Made by a program: the position numbers and the translations under genes | Origin: Callorhinchus milii | Lineage: Eukaryota | DNA: 64,000 nt | Direction of reading: 5' to 3' | Assembly (NCBI RefSeq): GCF_018977255.1 | Contig: NW_024704742.1 | Coordinates: 92,258,001 to 92,322,000 of the forward strand | Shown: in pieces, positions 24,551-38,878 of the stretch | Layout: the number at the start of each line of letters is the position of its first letter | Numbering within the stretch: the first letter of the stretch is position 1 | Notes under the pieces: model-generated | Database searches by the model: none | Seen by the model: only the letters and a program-made list of their open reading frames with translations | What the model was told of the DNA's origin: nothing

Positions 24551-27500
24551 AGATGGGTAAAAATTCCACCTCGGTCTATATCAAGCTCTCCGAGCCACTA
24601 TGCCACTTGAAGGCCACTATATAAATGCAAGTTGTTGTTGTATTTATTCCATTAAAGTAGCATTTTAGAGTGTCCAGAAATTGTCAGATTTTTAAATACG
24701 ATCGTTAATTTTGAAGTCGGATTTCTGTAAGTTCTTCAAAGAAACTACAAAAAATGGGCTTTAAAGTTAAAACTGAATTGAATGATTTGCCCAATTCTGC
24801 AGTCTGAAATGTTATGGTAATTTAGTAAATAGAGACCCAGGGGGAAATTCTATCCAATTTAAATGGAGCCTTCTTTTAAAAAGTAACTGTATCTGTAATT
24901 CAATGAACTGCTTTCCTTTCAAGCCAACATGACTATGAATATTTCACTGTGCTTAGAATAAAACTACCTTATAATCTACCTTTCCCTCACATGTTTTTCA
25001 AGGAAACTTTATAAACCAGCTGTTTATTTGGTCCTAAATCCCTAGAGAGTTTAAGATATTTCGCAGTCGTTTGGCTTTTCATGATGCAAATAATTTCAAA
25101 ATTAATTGGAAAAGTATAAAAGTGGTTTCTGTAGTGTTTGTAGGGTGGGCGCTTTTCAGATATTGAATTGAACCTCAAAGTTACCTGCCACCTTTATTTG
25201 TGGGTCTGAAGAAACACACTGGGATGTTTAATAATAATAATAATAATGCTTGCATTTGATATAGTGCCTTCGAGACGTCTCAAAGCGCTTCACAGGATAT
25301 ACTGTAAAGTGAATTGACTATATTTTGTGGACAAAATGCGGCAGCCAAATATGCACAGCAGTACTCATTTGATCACTTCAGAAGAAACTATACAGTTATG
25401 AGAAATTATAACATGACCAGTATTTTCAGTTCATTCCAATTGCTAATGTGACCCTTCACGATGGGCCATTGGTGCTTATTGGAGTAACAGGACAGAGCTT
25501 GGAGCCTTGATTCATCACACAGTGAATTTGTGTCATTGAGAGGACACTGCAGAGAGAGAAGACTGACATCAGAATCTCCTCTAGGCTCTTATAATCCTTG
25601 CATTTGATATATCACCTTATCATGTCACATCAAACATCTCAAAATGCTTCACAGGATTTACTATAAAGTCCAGTCACTGCATATTTACAGCCAAAACTCC
25701 TGCCTCCCAACTAACAAAATATTGCACTGCACTGACATCCTTACAACAGGCATGAGGAGAATAATTTTAATGAAATATATACTTTAATAAAGCAACTGTG
25801 CACCTGAGATAGGTCAATCATGCAATTTTTTAAAATGCATTTTAATCTTTCTCCAGTGTTTCCATTTCTTCAACTTCAATCCTGTAGTTTCAGTCACGAG
25901 GTTAAGGCCTCAAAAGAGTACATGCTTACCCACTGCTTCATACTCTACACCAATCGCATTGTATGTATAACACTGTACACTGACCGCACTGTACACCAAT
26001 CAGTGATCTGTGGAAACATTTTTAAAAATCTGCAACAATAGTTTTTTTCTTTTTATTTCCTCCGTCAAATATCTCCCCTCCCTGCCTTCCTGAAAGTATT
26101 TGATAACTTATTCCCTTGTCCTGGGAGTCCTCCTGGATCTCACCCAAGGTGCCATTGTTCATGTTGAGAGCCTTGTCAGTAAGTCTGAGCAGGTAATGGA
26201 TTCCGAGAGGCATTACAGTCAAGTCTGATTGTGTCCTCACCAACATTCACACACGTGCACTTTTCAGCAGGGATCTCTGGATATTTATAAAGAGCCTGGC
26301 TTATATTCCCCTTTCTCACCCAGGGAAGCTAAAACTAATTCTAGCGTCCTATTTGATCTGGCTGAAACGGAAGCACAGGGCATCCAGTGCAGCACTAGGC
26401 CATACATACAATGACAAAATGTGGTTAGCTGCCACATTTAATCGGTTCCCTCTAAAAGATTCAATACGAGCGAAAGCAATGACTGCACCATAACTGTTAA
26501 AAAGGAATTCAGCACTTAAACAGTTACAGACCCAAATTCTCTTGTTGCAAAGGGATAGATACTTAACTTTACAGAAACTTTCACTTTAAAAGTGTCACAT
26601 TTGCCACTTAAGCTAGTTATGGTCAATGAGCATTGCAGTTCTGGTCTTCCTAGTCTGTGGTTTACAATTTGAGTCACTCCAACATAACATAAAGGCCATG
26701 GTAATGACTTAGAAACATATGCAAAGTACTTCCCTATTGGTATTGTGTTTTAAGCAGCTTTGAAAGCGACCTAGAGCACCTGCCTCTTATATGTACATAG
26801 CAAACTATGTAGAGCAGGGATTACTGATCCTTGTTCAGTGTTCTGAACTTTGGATTTAAAGATATATATTCAAGTGAATATCTAGTAGTCATTATGTAAG
26901 CCTGTTCTGTCATTGTGGTGTGTGTGTTTAACTATATCTGTACACATATATGAGTTAAATTATAAAAATTACAAGGTCTGTAGAATAAAGCCATTGCTGT
27001 AGTTATATAATGACTCCAGGTCTTGGGTACTTCAGAAACCTCTCTGTTTATGTTGTTGGTTTCCATAGTATTGGGTTAAAATGCAATTGGATAATTGTTT
27101 TAAACTTGCTGACCGCAGTATTTCCTCTCAGAGCCTCTGCCTTCTTTAATGGTCAGGAAAGGTCTTTGCAGGCTAGCCTTTCCGACGTGCAGGGCGCTAT
27201 ACAAGTATAATTTGCTGTTGTTGTTGTGGAATTAAATCACTCTTCCATGAGATGGTTATGAGCAGTTCAGCTACAGCCAATGCGGTCAGAAACAAGTTTT
27301 ATCTCTGATGAGTACAGTAGTTGTTCTCTGTTGCAGTTAAGCTTCCTTGCATTTATGATATCTGTCGGGAGGAACCATTGTTGTAATTTTTCTGGCCTCT
27401 CATTAAGATGTTCATTTCTCTGGTTGGTCTCAAGGTTACGAGTGTGATGCATTTGACTTCCGTAAAAATGTAGGGCTTGGTAGATATAGATGTTATCTGT

Positions 27501-29796
27501 GAATTGTGTACAGGATATTCACAAAGTCATGTTACCCTTCACCCCACCTTGTTTTTTTCTTACAATGCATTTGTATTTTCTGTTGCAGATGAGTGGAGTG
27601 TAACAATGTCTAACACCAGTAACTTTCTGGTCACTCAGTCCATGTTATGGAACATGTTGCACTGACCATTGGGACAAATCATTATCTGCCATTAAAATGA
27701 TGGCGCTCACACACACCGATCCTCTGGACGTCTAAATACAGTTAAACACTTGTACTGAATACAATTGAGTACTTGCAAATACAATGATCATCATCCACGT
27801 GTTTCAGTTGTTGGTCAATGCACTGCAAAAAAAAGACATAGGGGTAACACGACTTTGTGAACACCCTGTACAATTTCAATCACAATTTTTATTTAGTGAT
27901 CATTTTTTTTCTAATGGGGTACACTCCAGTGGATCAAATTGTCTTATTTCCCTGTCTGACTCTTCTCTGACACATGGAAATTGTTCAGTAGCACTTGGTT
28001 TAATCTGAAGCTCAAAATGGATTTAAAGATTTGAGATTGTGCAGAACTGTGAAAAATTCTTAAATTCAATCTTAATTCAGCAGCCAATTTTCTGCAGCTC
28101 CAACAAAAAACTGGAAAACCTTAAAAATGTTGACTGGATTTAAGAATTTTCCAACCTTTTTGCATGATATTAAATTTTAACACCATGTAGTTTTGAGCTA
28201 AAACCATGTGTAAATTCTGACTTCCAATTCTCGATCCAAATTAATCTCAACAGTTAATACTAATCAAAATTGATTTAACTTGGTCTTTTAATCATTTTGT
28301 TACACAAAATCTAATTTTTATAATACCTTTTAAAGAATATATTTTTGTACTTTTAGTTAATATTTGACATTTTGGAACAAACTGAGCAAAGACTATCATG
28401 ATAACTTAACTCTGTCTCAGTCATGAGTTTAACTATTTGAGTTAAATGTACACAGGATCTTTGTCCTAATTAAAAATATTTTGCTGAATTTGATTTTCTT
28501 TGATGTGCACTCATGCAAAAAAATGCATTCTGTACATCAGTCAATGTGTTCTTTTGTGTTGGCAGATTAATATTCATCTCTAAATGTAAATGCGTAAACA
28601 AAAGACCCAGTGGAAATCCACCAATGTGCCACAGAGCAAATAGGCACAGTAAGTAATTTAGACAGTTTTGTCAGAAGAAAATGTGGAAAATATTACAAAG
28701 GCCATTAGTTGCTCCTGATTATCTGAGTTGTAAATAAAATGTTATCAACATTTAATAATAAGGTCAATAACAGTACTTTATTACATCAAGACATATTAAA
28801 GAACGTCACACAATAAGTTACTGTGTCATACTGTTGGTCGCACTCTTACCTCCAATTTAGATGATTCAAGACCTACTCATACAGTCTACGCTGACAATTT
28901 AATACAATGCTAAGGGTGTGCTGCATTGTTGGAGGTGCCTTCCTTTGGATTAAACATTAAACTTGTCTGTCTCTTCAGGTAGACGTTAAGATCTTATTAA
29001 ACTATTAAAAAAGTGATGTGAATGTGCACTGAAACATCAGTCTTATCTTGACAGACATTGTGAATATAAACAGTACATTGCTCTAGGGTAACAAAATGCA
29101 GTCTAAACATTTTTTAATTAAAGGAAAATTTGGAAATTTCAGGGCTGGCTCTGTAGCTGTAAATTAAGATCGATACAGAAGCTACTTGATTATAGAATCC
29201 TTTACCTTGCAAGATTTTAACAGGTTCGCCTACAAGATGCACACGGTTACACCACTTTATAGTATATTATGTGAAATACTTTGAGACATCTTGATGACGT
29301 GATAAAGCGCTATATTCAAATGCAAGGATTATTATATTAAGTTCTTCACTTCTGCAGAAGTGCACGCTAGTTATTAAACTATCTGCAGTTTAACTTCCTT
29401 TGAAACAATATTCTTTGTTTCAGTATGAGGCACTACCCCAGGGAATTATTGTGGAATGAGATCCATCAACATTTAATAGGACAATTAAATCTGAAATGTT
29501 TTACAAGTCCATTCCAAATTTGGTGGAACCTCTAGAGTTAAGCCATTTGTAATCGTGTAATACATTATTTAATTATCAAATAAAGCCTTGCTCAATTCCC
29601 ATGTGCTTTTCCATTTCATTGCTTTCCAACTAATTTTCTATCAGTTCATTCCCATGCGATTTTTCATGCCCTCTAATTTTCCATCAATCAGTAAACAGAG
29701 CTCATGATCATTACTTTATAATAGACAGCTAATATCTCTGCATAATGTAATAATCAAAGCCTTCTCATTCTTTTATTGTGCTGTGTCTGTAGGATG

Positions 29797-29998
29797 CAGA
29801 GTGGTCCAACCTTTTCGCTGTTGTGAGCCAGATGCCCTATTTGCAAAATGTCTGCAGGCTGCATGGCAATATTTTTGCGTTTCCCTTCCAGAAACGTAAT
29901 ATAACATTTAAGAGTTATGGAGGGAGTGGGTGAGCCAGGTGAAATGAAGGGAGGAAGGGAGGGAAATCGGCCCGCAGGCCGCCAGTTGGACCAGTCTA
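29797..29998. mobile_element. hAT/Charlie-like MITE
   Basis: TIR-like ends agagtggtccaac / gttggaccagtct and internal cggcccgcaggccgc; no 8-bp TSD recognised. Confidence 0.55.
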
Positions 29999-32900
29999 TA
30001 TTGATCAGTCCATTTAGAATATTCACCATTTTTATTTTCCAATGCATTGAGACAGCACACAACAATGTCCCACAAACAGCCATGGGGTGAATGATCAATT
30101 TTATTTGGGGGATTGCTGGTCAGGACACCATAATGTTTTAAAATTCTGAAATAAAGATTGCTAGTTCAATTTCCATTGTTCATCTATCACAAATGTAACT
30201 TCAAAATAGAGTGAACCATTATACAATATTAGTAGGTTTTAGTTTTTATATTAATGAAGTTAGTTTTTATTCTACAATGATTAACAAATTCCTATGTGCT
30301 TGGAAATAGAAATAACAGTACTGTAATAACATCTACTGTAAAGGATATGCAGGAAATTAGGAAAGAACAATTCTGAGAGGTAAGTCATACATAATACTAG
30401 GCATAATGGGATAGTCGTTTTAGTCGTAATTGGCTGGCACCTGTTGCTAAAGTCATTTGTAAATTTCTATTATAATGTCTCTCCCTTCCATTCTCTATTC
30501 AAAACCGTATCATTCCCATCCCCCCCACATCCCCTCATTTTGACATAAGCCAACTTTGCATCCTCTCCAGGTAACATCACTGGATCCAAGAATGGCTATC
30601 ATCACCACGCTTAAGAGCGGGGGTGTCAAACATGCAGCCGTGGGCCAAATCTTGAAAAGAAATGGCCACCAGTATAAGACACATAGATAGTTTGAGGAAG
30701 TATAGTACAGAGAGAGAGTGTAATAGAGAAAGTGATGAGAGGTGGCACTGAGAGAGGAAAAAACTCAAAGAGGAACTCAGCAAAGGAAATCAAACCCAAC
30801 ACTAATATTCTTTTAACATTAGAGATATCAGGTCACAAATGCTTCACATCTGAACGCAGGACACCCCAGTTATAAAGTACCTCATTATTGTGCAATTCTA
30901 CTTGTAATGCGGAAGTCCTGTGGACCTGCAAGAGTGGTTTCCAGCTTTCCTGTACATTGTGCACAAGAAGTGAAACCAGCACTTGACATTTTTATAGGAA
31001 ACCAGCCTATCCTGACCATGGTTCATACTTATCTGTTCATCTGGTCACAAAAGCCAAATAGTTTAACACCAATTTTAGGATTAACCAAACCATACAGAGA
31101 TCCATATATGCATACCATATATATGCATGAAAATTATCCTTTTGCCTCGTATGCAATATGTTTAAGTCAACCTCAATTCACTTCAAAGTTATGGCCAACA
31201 GAGCCAGAAGGCACTTGCAGACTTTCCTATTGTAGGTCTAAGCTGGCTTCAAACCCAGGGACCGAGAAATGAAGGACATTGCACAATTTTTTTTTTTGCT
31301 ATTCTTGTTTAAAGGGAAAAAAAGCACCACAATAACAGAGAACAAATAAATTTATTTTTGAAGTATTTTGAATCATGGAAAAAATGTACATGTAATTTTT
31401 AAATCTCAAATACTTTAACCACGTGAAGTTTGTAACAAGAAACAGAAATTACAATATAGAGCCTCTTCCCATCCTGATTTTTGTTTTTCAGCCATGAGTC
31501 TGACATATGCAAAACCTGCTCACCCCATTTCAACCCTTCTGTTCCAGCTACTGAGAATTCATAGAATTCAATTGGGATTAGCAGTTCTGGAATGTTATGC
31601 ATACTCTCCCTTGGATGGGAGGAAAGGAACCCACTTGCTTATGTCAAGACAGTACAGAAGCCAAGACATTAAAACATCCCAAAGTGTGTGCTATGGTGCA
31701 GGTGGAACTGAACCAATTAAAACTGTTCAGTCCACCAGCACGATGTACCAGTAACCTTCCTAGTGATTGTCTAGGTAGAATTATGTCACCCATTAGATAG
31801 TTTGCTTACAGTGTCCTTAGAAGCGAGTGGGAAGAATCCCATCTCCAGTGACATGTCTACAACTCTATTTGTGCGCTAGTCAGGCTGGTCAATCATTAAC
31901 AGTGCCCTGCAGGATTGAAGAGGTGCTTGGTCGGGATATTGGATCAACAAGACCACTGCCAACATTTCGGCTCAGACTTTTTCTCCCTCTTTGTAGGGCA
32001 TGTCACACTGAGCAAACTCAGTCCCAGCACCCACACTCATCTCTCTACACCCCTTTGCCCTCAATAGGACATGAGCAGAATGCTGTATTTAAATCACCAA
32101 AAAGATGAGTGCAGTATGTCACTTTAAGAGAGGCAAGCACCTCTTCAACTGAAAGTCACTGCCATGATATGAAGAGTACATTGCAGTTTCTAGGACAGAA
32201 CACAGAGAATCTTCCAAATGTTACAGCATGCTGTGCAAAATAGAAACACAGCTACACACATTTTCTACTTGAAAAAACTCTGAATATGATAAAGGCCCTT
32301 GATTAGGTTTATTAAAATAATAAATAGCAAGATCTTCTCGTGCATTTTATCTTATCAACATAACATTTTTCCATGTCACCCCGTACTTAAAACAATAGCC
32401 CACTGTACCATCTTGCATGCAGTCCTGTTCCCGATACAACCACATAATTCAGGTCCATTACGAAGACACATAGTTTTCTACACATTTGTGTTGAATCAGT
32501 TGCTCAACTGAGATGGTAAAATATACCTTGTAAAAAACTGCCTGAATAAAGGCAAAAGGCGCTAAACATCTGACTTGTAAATATGGGCTGTAATATTACA
32601 TTTACATTACACATTCAAGTCAGTTAGCTCATATACTGCCATCTTGTTAATTCATTCAGTATCATACCGTAAATTTTCTTTGTGACTCCATCACCAGTTT
32701 AATATTAGATTTTGAACAAATGTTAAAATACTATTCATGTGTACTTTGTCTGGAGAATTCCACACTAACTGTTCATTTTTAGAAACAAATGTGTTTCAGA
32801 CTCAAAATAAACAGTGTAAACAATGTGTGTGTGTGTGTGTGTGTGTGGTGGGGGGGGGGGGGGGGGAGAAAAATGGAAAGGGACTGTTTGGGACTGAGTT

Positions 32901-34243
32901 GTCTCCAAGGTGATGTGCCTTAAATCAGAATCAAGTTGATCCAATGTAACGGTCACAACATCTGAGCCAGACAGGACACAGTATTCCAAGGCACTGCTAA
33001 TGACAGACCAGCCAGCCTGTCCTGTTAGCAGAATTTGGAGGAATAGCCCAGTCACTGGGAGCAGGGATACTTCTCAGTTGGCTTCTATTCACCTGTAAGC
33101 CAATGTCCTAATAGGTAGGGCGATTCTCACTGCACAACACAGTGGGAAACTTGACAATATTTGCTGTGGCAAGCTGCAGCTTCAGCTGGTTAAACTCCAG
33201 CAGTACTCCAGTGACATTCAGAGGGCCCCAAGCTCTGACTCTTACCAACCTGCATCTAAGCTCTCCAGGATTAGGCAAGTAGGATGGAATATGATTCCAT
33301 ACTCATATAAATGGATATGTGTGACTCTCAGTAGTTTGATACAGAGACTGTTAAACAGAGTGATGGTTTTCTATCGGAATAAGACACTTAACTGACAGAA
33401 CAAGTGGGTCAATGGATTTAAAAGTGCATGTTCTACATTGTAAAGATTACTAGCCCATTGGGAAACAGGTCCATCACATTCTCAACCACCTCTAAAAATA
33501 ATAAAGATCTACAGTATGATACTGTTTAAGGGGGACAAAGTAAAATTAAGTTATAATGATAATATTATTATTAGTAGTAATATTATTATTATAATACTGA
33601 ATTTGGACAATAAATACTGATCCCAATAAACAAGGTTACAAAATTAAACTATTCATAACTGGTAAACAATAAAATCTATGTTAGTTATGATTTAAAAAAA
33701 ATAACTTAATGGAGCTTATGTACAGAAGATTGGAGTGAACTCTGTTGCATTTCTTAATTTAGAAATTCTGAAGTAAATGGATAAAGACTAACGTCTCTCC
33801 AACTAAAAATCTAGTTTGGAAGCAGGTTTGCCCGATGGCGGCATTACTTATTGAAAGAATGTTGAGATTAAAAAGTTCCCAAATACTGTTCAGGTTAGAT
33901 CAGCTAATTCAGGCAGATCTCAGGGATTTAACCTGTAGCTTTCTGGTTTATATCCCTTAATGATGATTTGGGTAGTGCTTTTACCGATAAGACTGCTGCG
34001 GAATGGTTATGTCATAGAAAGTAGTTTCACTGATAGAATAACTAGCAACTGTGAAGATTATTCAGAAGTACCAATTGCAATTTTACAGATTTACAACACA
34101 CCGACTTGGCAATCTTGTTGAAACTGCTTCAGTAGATTGCAAGTGAGGGCCTAACAGGTAGGTGATCAAAAGTAATTCTATTTCATCTTTGGAAAAAAAC
34201 ATCAGTATCTTCACAATCATCTCAATAAAGTAAATACACTATA

Positions 34244-34514
34244 CAGGCTGACCTCGGTTTGACAATACCCATTTATTACGATCCCTCTGGTTATAATGAA
34301 CTCGATATTGAGACACGATATTTCCTATTGATTCTTACCCCGATAGAGCGATTATTAAAGCAGTGCAGTCGCTGATGTTACGATCTGCAATCAAGTCAAA
34401 ATGGTGGGGGTGCTGAGCAGCTAATCACAGATTTCTTGTGAACCTCTTATAGCGAGAACCTGGATATAACGATTCCCCCCAGTTCCCAGGTTTGTTATTA
34501 CCGAGGTCAGTCTG
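34244..34514. mobile_element. Tc1/mariner (Tigger-like) MITE
   Basis: TA|caggctgacctcggt ... accgaggtcagtctg|TA: 15-bp TIR (14/15 match) with TA target duplication. Confidence 0.8.
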
Positions 34515-37436
34515 TATTTTACTTTTATGTATTTAGAAATATCGAAGCACAGAATGTTAAAAAAATTAACAATATAAATCAATAAGCTAAACCTTAGCTC
34601 TCCTCCTGGAATGGTATTAGATTAAAGGGGAGACTTTGTTTAGCACAGACCAGGAATGGATATAAGTTTTGAGCATGGCAAGCCTTGCTGGATTTTGGAA
34701 TGACTTACCATAATTGGTTGTTGAAGCTGAATTACAGAATTTAAAAGGGAATTATATAATAACAATAAGCCTTACATTTGATATAGTATCTTATCATGTT
34801 TCAAAGCGCTTCACAGAATATAATGTAAATTGAATTGACTGAGTATTTTGTGAGCGAAATGGATAAAGACCTGAAGGAAAATAATATTAAAGGATAGAAT
34901 TCTGGGAAAGGGATTAGAATAGTTAGCTCCAAAGGGGAAGCTAGGACTAGAGTGCATGTTTGGCTACACAAACACTATGGGCTGTGTGACCTTTTTCTGT
35001 GCTGTAAACTTCTTTCTGTTTCTATGACACACCTGGGTAATCTCTGGCACCTTCTTTCAGCACATTTCAATAAAGGTGGCAGCCTGGGATCAGATTGTGC
35101 ATCTGTACCTCCTAGCACCAAGTGGCAGGTCAGGTAAAGAAAACTGGATAAATGTACAAGAATAAAAGGCAAATGTACCTGAACATACCATAAAACAAAG
35201 GTGAAGAATTTATTCTGTTTGCTTTTTTTCCCCAGTTTGAACCTCTTCTTTCCTGAAAGGATCAACTCACATTGGGATACTATTGTACAGAAATTAGCAG
35301 TGCTCCATTACCTCATCAAAGTGGACTTTATTCATACACAAACCTAAACTACAATTTTTAGCAAATATTTGAAGAGATAATAAAAGAGGCAGATCAAATT
35401 CTGACCCAAAATCCATACGCTTATACAGTACTACCCAACACGATTCACTGGATAGCAGCCAGGAACTAGAATCCTGATTTACTTTTTCTCTCCCTATCTC
35501 AGGGATAGTGTCAATTTCAGAGAGTGCCATTACCATCAGTTCAGATCAGTTAATGCAGCAAAACAGATTAAATTAAACCATCCTGTTATGTGTACTTGTT
35601 TACTGGGCCAAAAGATAAAGGTTGATCCCCGGTTTCATTTGGGAATTCATAAAATAGCAATGCAGAAACTAAATATACTGTACTAGCAAACCATTGCAGT
35701 ATTAGTCTGTTCTCAATTTTTAATACCATCTGCAGAAGCTTCAAGATGACAGCTGAGAATAGAAGAATTATCTATATTGCCAGATCAAGTATGTAAACTT
35801 CTGGAAACTAATGCTGCATTTATACTGCACGTGTGACATCAAGTCCCTGTGATTTTGGCAGCAAATCTAAAGGTGAAGTATTAAATAAATAAAAGCTTTG
35901 GCAGCTCATTGGTAAGACGCAAAGTTAAAGATCAAAATACCATAAACCAGGATAGAATCCCTAATTGGATGGATTCCTTCTTTTAGCATAATGTGTTAAC
36001 ATGGCTGTGCACTATTGTACGTAGCATTTGCATTCAGAAGTTGTTTTCATTCTCTAAAGTCTCATCACTCTACTTGAGATGTCCTGTAGATTTTCGTAAG
36101 ACAAGAATATTTTTTAAAAAAACTTAAGAAATAAGCATTATAATTTGGAGTACCATTCAGTAGTCTTAACGTTGCATTCACTTTATAGCATTGGCACTGA
36201 TGGCAGCCATGACCTTGAATGTAAACTGTAAACTAATGGGGCAAAGATCCACTGCCAACTATTGAGATTTTTTTAAAATCGATGCTTGCACAGATAGGTA
36301 TACCCCAGCTGGCATTATAAAACAACTCAAACCATCACCTTCTCTGGCCATTGGTGGACTGAGACGGTCATACAGATCAAAAATATAGATTTCATTTTGC
36401 AAGCCTCTACGGACCTTTTCTCACCAACTGGGGAAAGTATGGCTCAGAATAAAAGTTGCAATCTTAAAAACTGTATGTACAATCTGGTGTGGAATTCTAT
36501 CCAATAAACACAGGGACACCACATCATCTAGATCCACAATCAAATATTACAGTACTGTTTGCACATCACATTCGCGACTATTTTCAACATATCTAATTGT
36601 CTTATACTGGCAAACTGGTCATTTTAAACATGCATTTACTTTAGAATACAGTTTGACTTTACACCATTTTGGGTTTTGGCAAAGGTCAGTGCACAAACTA
36701 TTAGTTAATTTTTTTTTGCAAAATAACAGGTAGGTTTAATACTATAGACAACCATACAGCTGTTAACTATTCACATAGAAAGGCTCTACATGTCAAAACA
36801 CTTTTTAATTCAATGTTCAATATTATGAAACCTGAAAACTCATTTAAACTTCTCAATCTTCCTCATTTAGTTGAGGTGCATCTCTCGTTCGCCTTATAAT
36901 AATTAAATCTATTTTCATCCCATATCACATCAAATGTGTTATGAAATGTAGAATTTATTATGAAATGCCCCATTTTTCCATCAACAGTTCAAAAGACTGG
37001 TTATTGAACTGATCATATACACACACCAACTTCAGCATATAGTTTGCTCAAAAGAACAATTTCTTTTTTGTCAAGATCAGAAATTCCTTCACTAACTTGG
37101 ATATTTTTAAGCAGGACCAATATTTTTAAAAATCCTGTAGGCAAACATCGAGTGCTGCTACACAGATTACCAATCAAGTCAATTAATTTTAGCTGCACTC
37201 AAACATTGATCTCTATGATCAGAAACAATAATGGAACAGAAAAGTTTCCAGGACCAATGTTAATGTTGGAGTAGGGGGAGGGAGAGAAACCACTATGCTG
37301 AAGTCTGGGGGTGTTAAAAAGTTTCATTTCCAGTCATTAAGAATGGACAGAAAATGCAACGATTTACAACTGAATGGAATGAATGTGAATTATCGCATCA
37401 CGTCCATTATGAAATATTATATTTTGTATCCAGAGT

Positions 37437-37590
37437 TGTAATAATAATCCTTGCATTCAATATTGCACTTTATCGTGTCTCAAAGAGCTTCACAGAATAT
37501 ACTGTAAAGTGAATTGACTGTATGTTTTGTGGGTGAAACGTGGCAGCACAGCAGTGTCCCACAAACAGTCGTGGATTGAGTGACCAAGTT
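37437..37590 (-). mobile_element. SINE 3' half inside the probable FKTN 3' UTR (sense to the gene)
   Basis: Reverse-complement SINE tail and Deu segment about 125 nt downstream of the FKTN stop codon. Confidence 0.8.
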
Positions 37591-37715
37591 TTTTTAAAAA
37601 AAGTGATTATTACGTTATTACTGTAGTGTACGTTAGACACAGTTTTCTCCCTCCATATAATTGAGCATTAGTTGTGTTAGGATTTCCCATTTTGCCTTTT
37701 CAATTCCATCAATTC

Positions 37716-37929
37716 TCAGTACACCTGGATAACATCATCCCACTCACTGATAGGCCAAACTCCATATTCGTGCACATTAGATGGCGAGGTCTTCCAATCC
37801 CAACTAGTCACAGGAATTGCCCAGTTCCTGCCATAGTTTGCTTCCACATACGCAAGCGTTTCACACGGGACTCCTACTTTCATTTCTAGGAATTCAGTCC
37901 AGCAGTGGGTAAATTTGGGAAACATATAC
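37716..37929 (-). CDS. FKTN: Fukutin, coding exon 9 (last)
   Basis: [33 protein letters not shown]...[13 protein letters not shown]; acceptor ttttgtag; 214 nt. Confidence 0.96.
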
Positions 37930-38548
37930 CTACAAAACAAATCAAAATGAAAAAGATCAGCAAACAGTACTTGTAGTGATAGTTGAAATAAGTATTTTAT
38001 AGTTTCGATTACCCAATACATACAGGAATTTCTAACCTGATTACCTAATTAGGAAACAGAGGTTAGGCTCCTTCTGGTGAATGAAGTACATCACTCAAGT
38101 CATGCTGGCTCAAGGAAATTTGGATCCGAAAGTATATTGTCCCGGAGCAGAATTCCTGTGAGTCGGCATAACATTCCGATTTCCTTATTAACAAAATCAT
38201 TAAAACATCTACCCAGATTATATCCAAGTATTTGCACAGTACTGGCATATTTATTAATCATTGGCCACTGAACCAAATTAATTTGATTTGAAACTGCACA
38301 CTAGCTATCAATGGTCTACTCAGTATAAACCGGACAAAGGCTGCAACAGACATCAGGAAGTTCACCTTGGATTCTCTTTTAAAACAAAATCTGATCCAAC
38401 CTCTCAAACTATAAATATTTAAACATAAATATCTAATTTACCGTAAAATCTGGAATGCACAAGAATGACAAACTCCATTATAACATGACGTTTTAATGTT
38501 TTAAAAAATGCAAGGATTATAGTTTGGATCAATAAACGGAGAACCTGT

Positions 38549-38878
38549 GGAGTCCTGTAGCTCAGTGGTTAGAGCACTCGCTTTGCAAGTGAGAGACCTG
38601 AGTTCAATTCCAGGCAGAGGGCGAAACCTTGGGCAAGTTTCCTTACTCCACACAGAGCCTAATAATAAACCCTCCAAAAACAAAAAAAACAATAATAAAT
38701 TGGTCATTTTCAATCTACGACTGTTTGTGGGACATTGCTGTGCGCAATTGGCTGCCGCGTTCGCCCACAAAAAATATACAGTCAATTCACTTTACAGTGT
38801 GTTCTCTGAAGCGCTTTGGGACGTCCTCCCGACGTGAAAAGCGCTATATCAAATGCAAGGATTATTATTATTATTATT
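38549..38878 (+). mobile_element. tRNA(Ala)-like Deu-domain SINE, young full-length copy
   Basis: A box TAGCTCAGTGG, TGC loop in a ctcgc/gtgag stem, B box GTTCAATTCC, Deu domain, (tta)n tail; near-identical to copies at 43276, 46981, 56345 and 57905. Confidence 0.93.

Noticed and set aside
38549..38620. tRNA-Ala(TGC)-like cloverleaf
   Set aside because: It is the head of a multi-copy SINE and lacks a proper acceptor stem and terminator; not a tRNA gene.
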